32,000 bases of DNA from positions 30,001 to 62,000 of the forward strand of contig JBBIMK010000008.1 in assembly GCA_037444445.1 (NCBI GenBank), in the 5' to 3' direction. The notes beneath the pieces were generated by a model, which was not told where the DNA came from, searched no databases, and worked only from the letters and a program-made list of their open reading frames with translations. Both the position numbers and the translations under genes were made by a program. This stretch comes from a bacterium (GTDB lineage Bacteria; UBP7; UBA6624; JBBIMK01). Of the stretch, positions 1 through 9,742 are shown piece by piece. Every line of letters starts with the position of its first letter. Position 1 is the stretch's first letter.

Positions 1-978
1 TGAGCGAACGAGAGCGCGGGCAGAGTAAGGGTTGTGAGCCCCGTCCAGCACGAGATAGGAATCCTCTGCAGGGTATACTCCTGCCTGGGGGACTCGGATG
101 ATTTCCATTCTACCAGGCCAGAATACAGTCTCAAAACCCTTCAGGACTGCGGGTGGAATCCTGCCTATCAGCACCTCTAACACTCGCAGGGCAGTGCTGA
201 CATTCTCCTTTTGAAAATCGCCATGCATGCGAATCGTTACAGGGAAGGAAGAATCACCATAATAGCGGAATGTTTGCCCATTTTCAGTTCGACGAGGATT
301 GCCTGTGTGGTAATTTTTTCCATACAGGTGGAGGTCAGTGAAAGATACACGGGCTTGTAAAATAGGCAGGAGGGATTTCCGCTGGCGGGAAGAAACAAAA
401 GGTGTCCCCGGACGATGGATGGCCATCTTTTCACACAAGATTTTCTGGAGGGTGTTTCCCAGGAGGTCTGTGTGGTCTCTGGAGATGGATGTCAGGACAT
501 TCACGATGCGAGGAAGGGCATTGGTAGCATCTAATCGTCCACCCAATCCTACTTCCCAAACTGCAAAATCCACCTGCATTTTTTGAAAGTACCGCGCTGC
601 CATCACGGTGAGCATTTCAAAAAAAGATAATGGAGGAAGAGTTCTCTTCGTCCACATTTTCTCGTAAGTTTTTAGTTCTTCTTCCAGAAAAGAAGGGGGA
701 ACCTTCTTCCCATTCACGAGGATTCGTTCTCCCACATCCACCAAATGGGGTGAGGTATAAAGGCCCACGGAATATCCGAGGGCGGACAATCCAGCGGCAA
801 TGAACACAGCGGTAGAACCTTTTCCTTTCGTGCCTGCCACCAGAATTCCTTTATAACTCTTCTCCGGATGCTGAAAAAGACGCAAGGCTTTCTCCACGCG
901 TTCCAGGCCGGGCTGAATTTTCCCTATGGAGGCTATGGCGTTTAGACGGTCTTGAATCTCTTTATAAGGGGAATTCAC
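1..978 (-). CDS. folC: Folylpolyglutamate synthase / dihydrofolate synthase (FolC), N-terminal ~326 codons; runs off the left edge
   Basis: Absent from the ORF track because it has no stop in the window. My minus-strand translation from GTG at 978 gives VNSPYKEIQDRLNAIASIGKIQPGLERVEKALRLFQHPEKSYKGILVAGTKGKGSTAVF...WEVGLGGRLDATN...LVLDGAHNP. It carries the Mur-ligase P-loop GTKGKGST plus the GLGGRLDATN and DGAHN motifs. The GTG start overlaps the valS stop (GTGA at 975-978). valS-folC linkage is common in bacteria. Confidence 0.9.
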   Translation of the reverse strand, partial: MNSPYKEIQDRLNAIASIGKIQPGLERVEKALRLFQHPEKSYKGILVAGTKGKGSTAVFIAAGLSALGYSVGLYTSPHLVDVGERILVNGKKVPPSFLEEELKTYEKMWTKRTLPPLSFFEMLTVMAARYFQKMQVDFAVWEVGLGGRLDATNALPRIVNVLTSISRDHTDLLGNTLQKILCEKMAIHRPGTPFVSSRQRKSLLPILQARVSFTDLHLYGKNYHTGNPRRTENGQTFRYYGDSSFPVTIRMHGDFQKENVSTALRVLEVLIGRIPPAVLKGFETVFWPGRMEIIRVPQAGVYPAEDSYLVLDGAHNPYSARALVRS

Positions 979-3626
979 AAAAATTGGCGGAGGTATATCA
1001 GTTCCTCTTCGTCCAGTTGCTTTCGGGTTTCTTCGTTCTGAAGTTTTACCCTCCATTTTTGCTTTACATCTTCGGGTATTTTTCCGCTCACCTCAGCCTC
1101 TTTCAGTTTATCACGAAGGCTTTGAATGCGTCCGTCCCTTAACGACATCTCTTTTCTCTTTTCCTCCAGTCTCTTTTCTATCACCGCTCTGTCGGGCTTT
1201 TCAAAATAGTATCGTATAAATTGGGGTGGAGCACTTACGGGGTCATATCTCACCGTCAGATGAACCGTCTCAGGCCAGGGCGGAGAAACTCCCGAAAGAA
1301 AAGTTGTTTTTGACAGAGCCGGCACTAATTCCAGCAACTCAGGGGGAAGGGACACCTGCCAGACCTCTATAATTTCCTCTACAGCCCTGCCCGTAATTTT
1401 CTTAAATTTTCGTATTGCTCTGACAGACTCTTCAAAAGCCTGAAATAGTGCCAGAGCTCGCTTATTGGCTTGCTCATCCAGCAAGGGTTCAGGATGCTTC
1501 CATGTGGAAGTAATGAGGGAGGATGGAGAATCACGGAAGAAAGTCCATATCTTCTCCGTGATGAAAGGAGCGAAGGGGTGGAGAAGTTGGAGGAGATAGC
1601 GAAGGACTTTCACGGAAATATGGAGGACAACGCGCCTTTTTTCCGGGTTGCTGGAGTAATATCTCACCTTTACCGCTTCCAGATACCAGTCGCAGAATTC
1701 CCCCCAGATGAAGTCATAGAGCAAGTGGGTAACACCCTGGAAGTCATAGAGAGCCATTTTTTGTTGAACTTCCGAAGAGACCTGGCAAAGCCTCGTCCAT
1801 ATCCATCGGTCTATCCATTCGTATTCCACCTGCGGGATATACTGACCATCCACGAAATCTGGGGGGAGGTTCAGGAGAATCAGGCGAGAGGCGTTCCAGA
1901 GTTTATTTAAGAATCTCCGGGCACCCTCCAGTTTGTCCTCGCTGAGTAGAATATCCTGCCCCTCGGAAATGGTATAGGCGAAGGCAAAGCGAAGGGAATC
2001 AGCGCCATATTCTTGAATAACCTCCAGAGGGTCAACCACATTGCCTGCTGATTTGGACATTTTCCTTCCCTGAATGTCTCGAATCAGTCCGTGGATGTAA
2101 ACTTCCTTGAAAGGCACGCTGTCTGTGAACTCCAGCCCGAACATCACCATCCGGGCCACCCAGAAGAAGAGTATGTCAAAAGCGGTAACCAGGATGGAGG
2201 TGGGGTAATATCGTTTTAAGTCATCCGTCTCTTTGGGCCAGCCAAAGACGGAAAGGGGCCAGAGTGCGGAGGAGAACCAAGTGTCCAGGACATCCGGGTC
2301 AGGGGTAAGGGATGTGGCTTCGCAGTGAGGGCATCGGGCGGGCTGAGATTCAGCCGCCGTATATTGCTGACAGGAGGAGCAAAAGTAGGCAGGGATCGGA
2401 TGCCCCCACCACAACTGGCGAGAGATGCACCAATCCCGGATTTCTTCTAACCATCTCCGATAGACCTTCGTCCAGGAGGGAGGAATGAAGGCGGGTCCCT
2501 TACCGCTGTCCAGGGCATCCAGGGCTTTTTTGGCCAGGGGTTTCATAGAGAGGAACCACTGCCGGGAGAGGCGGGGTTCCACCATAATTCCGCACCGCTG
2601 GCAATGGCCGACAGCGTGAAGGTAAGGCTCCACTTTCATCAGAAGACCTGCCTGCTGGAGAGCATCCACCACTTTCTCTCTTGCCTCAAATCGGTCTAAT
2701 CCTGCATAAGCGGGGAAATCCGATGATATGCGGGCATGTTCATTCAGGGCTTCTATGGAGGGGAGATGGTGACGAAGACTTATCTCATAGTCCACAGGGT
2801 CGTGAGCGGGGGTGATTTTCAGAGCCCCCGTGCCAAATTCCGGGTCCACCGCTTCGTCACCAATAATGGGGAGTTCCCGGTGGATACCCGGAATAGGAAG
2901 GAGAACGGTTCGTCCCACCCAGGTGGAGTATCGCTCGTCGGAAGGATGAACGGCCACCGCCACATCGCCCAGGATAGTTTCCGGTCGCGTAGTGGCTACA
3001 CACAGAAAGCCCCTGCCTTTTTTCTCCAGATATTTCACTGTGTAAAGTTTGCCGTGGATTTCTTTATGCTCCACTTCAATATCCGAGAGGGCAGTCGTGC
3101 ATCGGGGGCACCAGTGAATGATACGATGGCCCCGGTAGATGAAACCTTTATTGAACAGGCGGATGAAAGCAGTTTTAACGGCCTGTGTCCGAACCTCATC
3201 CAGGGTGTAGGCTTGCTTTCCCCAATCGCAGGAGACGCCCATCGCTTTCAACTGGGCAACGATTTGTTCGCGAGATTTTTCTGTCCACTCCCGGGTGCGC
3301 TGGATAAAGGCCTCTCTCCCCAGCATATAACGGGTTTTCCCCTCTTCCATCAGGATACGCTCCAGGACATTCTGGGTGGCGATTCCTGCATGGTCGGTGC
3401 CCGGCACCCACAGAGTATCCTTTCCCTGAAGACGAGCAAAACGAATCAGAATGTCCTGAAGGCTGTTATTCAGCGCATGACCAATGTGGAGGATTCCCGT
3501 TACATTGGGGGGTGGGATGACGATGGAAAAAACCTTCCCTTTCTGGGAGGGTGAAAACGCATTTTCCTTTTCCCATTTCTGGTAAATTTCCTCTTCAACG
3601 GGATGCGGCTGATATGATTTCTCCAT
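975..3626 (-). CDS. valS: Valine--tRNA ligase (ValRS)
   Basis: ORF 975-3680. Class-I motifs HIGH (PPNVTGILHIGHALN) and KMSKS (GRKMSKSAGN) are present, with a long C-terminal coiled-coil tail typical of ValRS. The preferred start is ATG 3626 (MEKSYQPHPVEEEIYQKWEKENAF). That start overlaps the last 32 nt of lon. Confidence 0.93.
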   Translation of the reverse strand: MEKSYQPHPVEEEIYQKWEKENAFSPSQKGKVFSIVIPPPNVTGILHIGHALNNSLQDILIRFARLQGKDTLWVPGTDHAGIATQNVLERILMEEGKTRYMLGREAFIQRTREWTEKSREQIVAQLKAMGVSCDWGKQAYTLDEVRTQAVKTAFIRLFNKGFIYRGHRIIHWCPRCTTALSDIEVEHKEIHGKLYTVKYLEKKGRGFLCVATTRPETILGDVAVAVHPSDERYSTWVGRTVLLPIPGIHRELPIIGDEAVDPEFGTGALKITPAHDPVDYEISLRHHLPSIEALNEHARISSDFPAYAGLDRFEAREKVVDALQQAGLLMKVEPYLHAVGHCQRCGIMVEPRLSRQWFLSMKPLAKKALDALDSGKGPAFIPPSWTKVYRRWLEEIRDWCISRQLWWGHPIPAYFCSSCQQYTAAESQPARCPHCEATSLTPDPDVLDTWFSSALWPLSVFGWPKETDDLKRYYPTSILVTAFDILFFWVARMVMFGLEFTDSVPFKEVYIHGLIRDIQGRKMSKSAGNVVDPLEVIQEYGADSLRFAFAYTISEGQDILLSEDKLEGARRFLNKLWNASRLILLNLPPDFVDGQYIPQVEYEWIDRWIWTRLCQVSSEVQQKMALYDFQGVTHLLYDFIWGEFCDWYLEAVKVRYYSSNPEKRRVVLHISVKVLRYLLQLLHPFAPFITEKIWTFFRDSPSSLITSTWKHPEPLLDEQANKRALALFQAFEESVRAIRKFKKITGRAVEEIIEVWQVSLPPELLELVPALSKTTFLSGVSPPWPETVHLTVRYDPVSAPPQFIRYYFEKPDRAVIEKRLEEKRKEMSLRDGRIQSLRDKLKEAEVSGKIPEDVKQKWRVKLQNEETRKQLDEEELIYLRQFL

Positions 3627-5997
3627 GTTTTTCGGGGAGGGCGGTGGGGAAAACCTCCTCCAGAAGTTCCCGGACATCACTCACCCAGTGGAAAGTCATC
3701 TGGTTGAGGACTTCCTGGGGCACTTTTTCCAGGTCTTTCTGATTATTTTTGGGAAGGAAGACTTCCTGAAGTCCTTCTCGGAAGGCGGCAAGAACCTTTT
3801 CTTTCACCCCCCCTACGGGAAGCACTTTTCCACTGAGGGTGATTTCGCCCGTCATAGCAACATTACGCTTGGGTGATCGTTTGGTCAATGCGGATAAAAT
3901 GGAGCAAAGGATGGCTATACCTGCAGAGGGACCGTCCTTGGGGATGGAGCCTTCGGGAACATGGACATGCAAATCGCTTTTATCCAGGAAATCCGACTCA
4001 ATTCCCCACTCATTGGCATGGGCGCGGACATAACTCAGGGCTGCTTGAGCAGATTCTCGCATAACTTCTCCCAGCCGACCGGTGAGGGTGAGATTTCCTT
4101 TCCCGGGCATCACGATGGTTTCCACCGGTGTAAGAGTTCCACCTACCTCTGTCCAGGCAAGGCCGATGACCACGCCCACCTGCCCCCGCTGTTCCGCATA
4201 GGATTCCTGAATAAATACGGGGGCTCCGAGAAAATCAGACAGATTCTCCGGGGTAATCTGCATCTTCTGAATGGCTTCCTCCAGTACCTTTCGGGCGACC
4301 TTTCTGCAAATTTTTGCCAGGGCTTTCTCCAGATTTCTCACTCCTGCTTCACGGGTGTATTTACGGATAAGAGTTCGGAGAGCGGGCTCTGTGATTTCCA
4401 GCTGGAGGTCTTTCAGGCTATGCTTACGGAGAACTTTCGGAATCAAATGGCGGAGGGCAATTTGAACCTTCTCATCTTCCGTATAACTGGAGAGGTGAAG
4501 GACTTCCATTCGGTCTAAAAGCGGGGGAGGGATGGTGTAATCCACATTGGCGGTGGTAATGAAGAGAACCTCCGATAGGTCGAAGGGGATTTCCAGGTAA
4601 TGGTCCATGAAGGAGTGGTTCTGGTCAGGGTCCAGGACTTCCAATAGAGCAGCGGAGGGGTCACCACGGAAATCGGCACCGATTTTGTCCACTTCATCCA
4701 GGAGGAAAACTGGATTTTTGGTACCTGCCCTGCGGATAGCCTGAATAATTTTCCCGGGGAGAGCGCCGACATAAGTTCTTCGGTGGCCACGAATTTCTGC
4801 TTCATCCCGGATTCCGCCGAGGGCAGCACGGACATACTTCCGTCCCAGCGCCCGGGCGATGGACTGACCCAGAGAAGTTTTCCCTACGCCCGGGGGACCG
4901 ACAAAGCACAAAATCGCCCCCTCCGTGGATTTATTCCTGGACAGCCGTTTCACCGCCAGGTGTTCCACAATCCGTTCTTTCACTTCCTCCAGCCCGTAGT
5001 GGTCTTCATCCAGAATTCGTGCCACCTTTCGGAGGTCAATGGTGGTTTTGGAACGGGTTTCCCAGGGAAGTTCCAGAAGCCAGTCCAGGTAGGTTTTCAC
5101 CACGGCCGATTCTGGGGAAATTGGCGACATCCCTTCCAATCTGGAGACTTCTTTCAGGGCCTTCTCCCGGAGAGATTTCGGATATTTCCCCTTTTTTATT
5201 CGGGAGCGGAGTTCCTCAATTTCTGCCTGATACACATCTTTCTCGCCCAGTTCTTTCTGGATGGCTTTCAACTGCTCGCGTAGATAGGCCACGCGCTGGG
5301 GTTCTGTGATTTGCTGGCGAACCTCACTTTGAATTTTTTGCTCCAGCCGGAGAATTTCTACTTCACGGGTGACCAGTTTCAACAATTTTTCCAACCGCTG
5401 GCTGGGGGGAATAGTTTCCAGAATTTCCTGTCGTTCTTCCAGTTTCAGATTGGTCTGGGAAGCAATGAGGTCAGCCATGGAATCAGGGTCATCCATATCC
5501 ACGCTGGTAAAGAGGATTTCCGAAGGCATGAAGGGAGCGCGCTTGGCATACGCATCAAAGACATGACGGACGCTACGCAAGAGCACTTCTGCTTGCACAT
5601 CTTTTTCTTGCGGTATCTGAATTGCTTCCGTTTCTACCTCCATGTAAGGCTCTTCCCGAAGGAAGTTCAAAATTCTATGGCGGGAGATTCCCTCAACGAG
5701 AGCCTGAACTTTTCCATCGGGTCGTAGTCCCACATGGGTGATTTTTGCCAGGGTACCCACCGTGAAAAGGTTCTCCTTCTTCACTTCTTCAATCTGTGGA
5801 TTTTTCTGGGAAGTGAGGAAAATCAACCCCTGCCGTTCTTCTGCCTTCCTCAGAGCGAGGATGGAAGCGGTTCGACCGATGAGAAGGGGCAGAATCATCC
5901 GGGGAAAAATCACAATGCCGCGGAGAGGAATCAAGGGGTAAATGTTCACAGATGGAGAAGGCGGAACGGCGGGAGGTAACTCATCTGAAGATGTCAT
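3595..5997 (-). CDS. lon: ATP-dependent Lon protease (LonA type)
   Basis: ORF 3595-6036. It has the N-terminal LON domain (LIPLRGIVIFPRMILPLLIGR), Walker A GPPGVGKTS, Walker B FLLDEVDK and the catalytic Ser motif PKDGPSAG. The preferred start is ATG 5997 (MTSSDELPP), 4 nt after the clpX stop. Confidence 0.95.
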   Translation of the reverse strand: MTSSDELPPAVPPSPSVNIYPLIPLRGIVIFPRMILPLLIGRTASILALRKAEERQGLIFLTSQKNPQIEEVKKENLFTVGTLAKITHVGLRPDGKVQALVEGISRHRILNFLREEPYMEVETEAIQIPQEKDVQAEVLLRSVRHVFDAYAKRAPFMPSEILFTSVDMDDPDSMADLIASQTNLKLEERQEILETIPPSQRLEKLLKLVTREVEILRLEQKIQSEVRQQITEPQRVAYLREQLKAIQKELGEKDVYQAEIEELRSRIKKGKYPKSLREKALKEVSRLEGMSPISPESAVVKTYLDWLLELPWETRSKTTIDLRKVARILDEDHYGLEEVKERIVEHLAVKRLSRNKSTEGAILCFVGPPGVGKTSLGQSIARALGRKYVRAALGGIRDEAEIRGHRRTYVGALPGKIIQAIRRAGTKNPVFLLDEVDKIGADFRGDPSAALLEVLDPDQNHSFMDHYLEIPFDLSEVLFITTANVDYTIPPPLLDRMEVLHLSSYTEDEKVQIALRHLIPKVLRKHSLKDLQLEITEPALRTLIRKYTREAGVRNLEKALAKICRKVARKVLEEAIQKMQITPENLSDFLGAPVFIQESYAEQRGQVGVVIGLAWTEVGGTLTPVETIVMPGKGNLTLTGRLGEVMRESAQAALSYVRAHANEWGIESDFLDKSDLHVHVPEGSIPKDGPSAGIAILCSILSALTKRSPKRNVAMTGEITLSGKVLPVGGVKEKVLAAFREGLQEVFLPKNNQKDLEKVPQEVLNQMTFHWVSDVRELLEEVFPTALPEKHGEIISAASR

Positions 5998-6001
5998 TCG
6001 G

Positions 6002-7246
6002 TTATGCCTCCGCCGCCTCCACAGGCGGCTCTTCATTGAAAATGAGGCGGGGCTTACTCTTCCCGCGAACCACAGAAGAAGTGAGGACCACTCGCTTCAA
6101 ATCCTTCAGGGATGGGAGTTCATACATCACATCCAGCATCAGGCTTTCCGTAATGGCTTTCAAACCTCTGGCTCCAGTGCCTCGCTCCTGTGCCAGCCGG
6201 GCTATCTCGCATAAAGAATTTTTGCTAAATTCCAGCGTGACTCCATCCATGCGAAAGAGTTCCGTGTACTGGCTGACGAGGGAGTTTTTGGGTTCTACAA
6301 GAATCTTCACCAAATCCTCGGTGGTGAGAGGGTCAACCGGGGTGAGAATCGGGAATCGTCCCACAAATTCAGGGATAAACCCATATTTCAATAGGTCTTC
6401 TGGCATGACTTTGCGGAGGAGTTCCGATTCACTCAGGGATGCAGGAGGCACGGGGTTGGCACGGAAGCCCATGGGTCGTTCCTGAACCCGAGAGCGGATA
6501 ATATTCGGAAGCCCGTCAAAGGCGCCACCGGCAATAAATAGAATATTCGTCGTATTCAACTGGAGGAAATCCTGATACGGGTGCTTCCGCCCGCCCTGAG
6601 GGGGAATATTGGCCACTGTGCCCTCCAGGATTTTTAACAGGGCTTGCTGAACCCCTTCACCGGACACATCTCGGGTGATGGAAGGGCTATCCGTTTTCCG
6701 GGCGATTTTATCCACTTCATCCAGGTAAATGATGCCCTTCTCCGCGGCGGAGATGTCGCCATCCGCTGACTGAATCAGCCTCAACAGGATGTTCTCCACA
6801 TCTTCCCCCACATACCCGGCTTCTGTGAGGGGGGTGGCATCGGCTATGGCGAAGGGAACTTGAAGGATACGGGCTAAAGTTTTCGCCAGGAGGGTTTTCC
6901 CGGAGCCCGTAGGGCCGATGAGCAGGATATTCGTTTTTTCAATTTCCACGGGGCTACCAAAATAAATCCGCTTATAGTGGTTGTAAACCGCCACAGAAAG
7001 GATTTTCTTGGCATTGTCCTGCCCGACCACATACCGGTCCAGTTCTTGTTTAATCTCCATTGGAGTGAGGAGATGGTCGGTTTTCACGGGTTTACGCCCA
7101 TCCTTTTTCAAAATGTCCCAGCAACGAAGGACGCATTCTTTGCAGATGAACGCGGACATATCCACGCTGACGAAGAGGCGTTCGGTCTCCTCCTGAGTTC
7201 GACCGCAGAAGGAGCACTTTTTTTGTGAAGTGTTTCGCTGGCTCAA
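6002..7246 (-). CDS. clpX: ATP-dependent Clp protease ATP-binding subunit ClpX
   Basis: N-terminal zinc ribbon CSFCG...CKEC, Walker A GPTGSGKT, Walker [11 protein letters not shown], and a ClpP-docking loop region. The start codon is TTG (plus strand caa at 7244-7246), 3 nt after the clpP stop, with GGAGGA about 10 nt upstream. There is no in-frame ATG before the zinc ribbon. Confidence 0.95.
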   Translation of the reverse strand: MSQRNTSQKKCSFCGRTQEETERLFVSVDMSAFICKECVLRCWDILKKDGRKPVKTDHLLTPMEIKQELDRYVVGQDNAKKILSVAVYNHYKRIYFGSPVEIEKTNILLIGPTGSGKTLLAKTLARILQVPFAIADATPLTEAGYVGEDVENILLRLIQSADGDISAAEKGIIYLDEVDKIARKTDSPSITRDVSGEGVQQALLKILEGTVANIPPQGGRKHPYQDFLQLNTTNILFIAGGAFDGLPNIIRSRVQERPMGFRANPVPPASLSESELLRKVMPEDLLKYGFIPEFVGRFPILTPVDPLTTEDLVKILVEPKNSLVSQYTELFRMDGVTLEFSKNSLCEIARLAQERGTGARGLKAITESLMLDVMYELPSLKDLKRVVLTSSVVRGKSKPRLIFNEEPPVEAAEA

Positions 7247-7249
7247 GGT

Positions 7250-7843
7250 TTATCTATCCTCCATTCGTATAATTTTATCGATAATGCCATATTGCAGGGC
7301 TTCTTCGGGAGTCATATAGAAATTACGGTCTGTATCCCGGGAGATTTTTTCCAGGGGTTGCCCGGTATGGCTTGCGAGAATACGGTTCAACAGGTCACGG
7401 GTTCGGAGCATTTCCCTGGCTTCAATGTCAATATCCGTGGCTTGACCCTGAACTCCGCCCCAGGGTTGGTGGAGCAGGATGCGGGAAGAGGGAAGGGCGA
7501 AGCGTTTCTCTTTTCGGCCTCCAGACAGAAGGACGGCAGCCATACTGGCAGCGAGCCCGACACAAATCGTGGAAACCGCTGGCTTCACAATCTGGATGGT
7601 GTCGTAGATGGCTAATCCCGCCGTGACGCTCCCACCGGGGCTATGGATATACACATCAATATCCCGGCTCGGGTCCTCTTTCTCCAAAAAGAGCAACTGG
7701 GCGACTACCAGGTTCGCCATTTCATCCAGGATGGGACCTGTGATAAATACAATCCGCTCTTTCAGTAAGCGGGAATAGATGTCATAGGCTCGCTCGCCCC
7801 GGGCCGTTTGCTCCACCACAATTGGCACCAACTGATTCTTCAT
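7250..7843 (-). CDS. clpP: ATP-dependent Clp protease proteolytic subunit ClpP
   Basis: 197 aa with the typical ClpP sequence ([27 protein letters not shown]), catalytic Ser context GLAASMAA and His context LLHQP. The ATG overlaps the tig stop (ATGA). Confidence 0.95.
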   Translation of the reverse strand: MKNQLVPIVVEQTARGERAYDIYSRLLKERIVFITGPILDEMANLVVAQLLFLEKEDPSRDIDVYIHSPGGSVTAGLAIYDTIQIVKPAVSTICVGLAASMAAVLLSGGRKEKRFALPSSRILLHQPWGGVQGQATDIDIEAREMLRTRDLLNRILASHTGQPLEKISRDTDRNFYMTPEEALQYGIIDKIIRMEDR

Positions 7844-9066
7844 CTCACGCCTCCCTTCCGATACTGAATCTCGCCTTTAGAAATCAGGAAATCCACGGTT
7901 TTCTCGCGTAGCACCTGACGCTCCAGGGAGTTTAACCATCCTCTTTTCTCCAGTTTCCGCCGGAGGACATCTTTTTTCAAGCCCTCACGATTTGCCCATC
8001 GTTCCAGCCTATGGTCAATTTCTTCCGGATACACTTTCAGCCCTTCCATTTCTGCCACCTCATCCAGAGCCAGGCGGAGGAGGAGGGTCTTCTTTGCTCC
8101 CTCTCGTGCAGACTCTTTCCATTTCTCATAACTCCCCCATTTCTGATGGATATAAGCCTCCAACTGGTTTTCATCATCACCGAGAGAGTGGAATAAATCA
8201 TGGAAGCGCTCCTCAATTTCTTCCTCCAGAAGGGCTTCTGGCAGGTCTACCTCCACAATTTGACGAAAAAGGGCCTCCAGCACCGCCTGTTCTGTCAGAG
8301 ATTCCTGCAGTTGCCGGCTTCGCAACTCCAGGGTTTTCTTCACACTCTCTTTCAAAACTTCCATAGAAGGGGCTTCCATTTTTTTCAGTAGTGCAGCGTC
8401 ATCGGGTAGACTTCGTTCAAATACCTCTTCCACCTTCGCATGCACGGGTTCTTTTCCCTCCACAGGCAGGGAAACTTCATCAGATTTTCTGCGGTTGACC
8501 AGAGGCTCCATAGCCCGATTCCCTTCCTGCAAGAAGAAATGATGTTTTCTGGAATTCTGGGAAACCAGCACCACATCTCCCCAGCGGGATTGTCTTTCCA
8601 CAGGGGTGAGGGTGGCAAATTCTTCACGAAAGCGTTGAATCTCCTGCTCCACCATGGTTTCCGTGACGGGTGGAACCTCTTCCACTTCCACCTTTAAGTG
8701 AGCATACGAACGAACCTGAACCTTTGGCACCACTTCTATCAAAGCAGAAATGAGAATGCCTTCTTGGCGTGGAGACACATCCACCTTCGGCTTTTCCACG
8801 GGTTGTAAACGGTAATTTTTTATGGCTTCTCGGAAATGCTTCTGCCAGACATCATCTATGGCACGACGGGTTATCTCTTCATCCGAATAGATATTTTGCA
8901 GGACTTTCACGGGCACCTTACCGGGGCGAAATCCAGGGATGGAAACCTGACGGGATAAGGACTGCAGGGTTTTCTCCTTCTCCTGCTGAATTTCCTCGGC
9001 GGGAATGTCTATCACCACCTGAACCTTTTTGGGCTCAATTTGTTCCACTTTCACCGATGGGCACAT
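7840..9066 (-). CDS. tig: Trigger factor (ribosome-associated chaperone; 408 aa, short form)
   Basis: Its position upstream of clpP-clpX-lon is the classic tig-clpPX-lon arrangement. The N-terminal ribosome-binding signature GFRPGKVP is present ([15 protein letters not shown]). ATG 9066 lies only 20 nt downstream of tRNA-Gly, and no SD is visible. Confidence 0.85.
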   Translation of the reverse strand: MCPSVKVEQIEPKKVQVVIDIPAEEIQQEKEKTLQSLSRQVSIPGFRPGKVPVKVLQNIYSDEEITRRAIDDVWQKHFREAIKNYRLQPVEKPKVDVSPRQEGILISALIEVVPKVQVRSYAHLKVEVEEVPPVTETMVEQEIQRFREEFATLTPVERQSRWGDVVLVSQNSRKHHFFLQEGNRAMEPLVNRRKSDEVSLPVEGKEPVHAKVEEVFERSLPDDAALLKKMEAPSMEVLKESVKKTLELRSRQLQESLTEQAVLEALFRQIVEVDLPEALLEEEIEERFHDLFHSLGDDENQLEAYIHQKWGSYEKWKESAREGAKKTLLLRLALDEVAEMEGLKVYPEEIDHRLERWANREGLKKDVLRRKLEKRGWLNSLERQVLREKTVDFLISKGEIQYRKGGVR

Positions 9067-9085
9067 TTTTTTCAGGCTTGTGTTA

Positions 9086-9160
9086 TGGAGCGGAAGACGG
9101 GATTTGAACCCGCGACCTCCTCCTTGGCAAGGAGACGCTCTTCCCCTGAGCTACTTCCGC
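9086..9160 (-). tRNA. tRNA-Gly (anticodon GCC), 3' CCA encoded
   Basis: Hand-folded cloverleaf: GCGGAAG-TA-GCTC/AGGGGAA/GAGC-G-TCTCC/TTGCCAA/GGAGG-AGGTC-GCGGG/TTCAAAT/CCCGT-CTTCCGC-T-CCA. Length 75 nt. The discriminator U fits bacterial tRNA-Gly. Confidence 0.9.
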
Positions 9161-9247
9161 TCCTATCTCCACTATGTTATACCATTCAGGGGAAAATTCT
9201 GCAAGACTTCTGACCATCAAGATAGCGGGGACATTACTCATCATCCC

Positions 9248-9320
9248 TGGGCCGTGAGGGAGTCGAACCCCCGACCCGCTGATTAAGAGTCAGCTGCTCT
9301 GCCTTCTGAGCTAACGGCCC
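9248..9320 (-). tRNA. tRNA-Lys (anticodon CTT)
   Basis: Hand-folded: GGGCCGT-TA-GCTC/AGAAGGCA/GAGC-A-GCTGA/CTCTTAA/TCAGC-GGGTC-GGGGG/TTCGACT/CCCTC-ACGGCCC-A. Length 73 nt. CCA is not encoded. Confidence 0.9.
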
Positions 9321-9329
9321 CGGGAAGAA

Positions 9330-9403
9330 CGCGCCTGAGAGGACTCGAACCCCCAACCCGCGGATCCGAAGTCCGCTGCTCTGTCCACTTGAGCTACAGG
9401 CGC
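9330..9403 (-). tRNA. tRNA-Arg (anticodon TCG)
   Basis: Hand-folded: GCGCCTG-TA-GCTC/AAGTGGACA/GAGC-A-GCGGA/CTTCGGA/TCCGC-GGGTT-GGGGG/TTCGAGT/CCTCT-CAGGCGC-G. Length 74 nt. The T stem has two G-U pairs. Confidence 0.85.
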
Positions 9404-9467
9404 CCTGCATATTCCCTTTTTCTTCTTTTTCCTGAATCATTCCTCGCAGTCTATTTATTCCATCCAT

Positions 9468-9540
9468 CGCGCCCAGGAGGATTCGAACCTCCGGCCCGCG
9501 GCTTAGAAGGCCGCTGCTCTGTCCCCTGAGCTATGGGCGC
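9468..9540 (-). tRNA. tRNA-Arg (anticodon TCT)
   Basis: Hand-folded: GCGCCCA-TA-GCTC/AGGGGACA/GAGC-A-GCGGC/CTTCTAA/GCCGC-GGGCC-GGAGG/TTCGAAT/CCTCC-TGGGCGC-G. Length 73 nt. Confidence 0.9.
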
Positions 9541-9549
9541 CGGGAGACA

Positions 9550-9623
9550 TCGGGGCGAGTGGACTTGAACCACCGACCCCCTCCTCCCAAGGGAGGTGCG
9601 CTACCAGCCTGCGCTACGCCCCG
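9550..9623 (-). tRNA. tRNA-Pro (anticodon TGG)
   Basis: Hand-folded: CGGGGCG-TA-GCGC/AGGCTGGTA/GCGC-A-CCTCC/CTTGGGA/GGAGG-GGGTC-GGTGG/TTCAAGT/CCACT-CGCCCCG-A. Length 74 nt. Confidence 0.9.
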
Positions 9624-9638
9624 TTCTATACTATCTAT

Positions 9639-9667
9639 ATTATACCTCGTTTCCCGTTCAATGTCCC
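9639..9667 (-). promoter_or_regulatory. Candidate sigma70-type promoter for the tRNA cluster (and possibly tig-clpPX-lon)
   Basis: The minus strand reads GGGACA-17 nt-TATAAT. The -10 is at 9644-9639 and the -35 at 9667-9662. The -10 ends 15 nt upstream of the tRNA-Pro 5' end. Confidence 0.4.
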
Positions 9668-9742
9668 TTTTGCTCCCGGGTGGCTTGCGAAACAGATGGG
9701 ATGGGCATATAATACAGAATCAAGTAATGGAGGTGAAGTGGA

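Noticed and set aside
2736-3554. 272-aa plus-strand ORF, plus the neighbouring plus-strand ORFs at 1470-1910 and 3961-6485.
   Set aside because: All lie antisense within valS, lon or clpX, whose identities are supported by catalytic motifs. No motifs or SDs support the shadow ORFs.
3595-3700. A possible T-box or leader element upstream of valS.
   Set aside because: There is no intergenic space, since the valS start lies inside the lon coding sequence. A T-box riboswitch cannot be accommodated.
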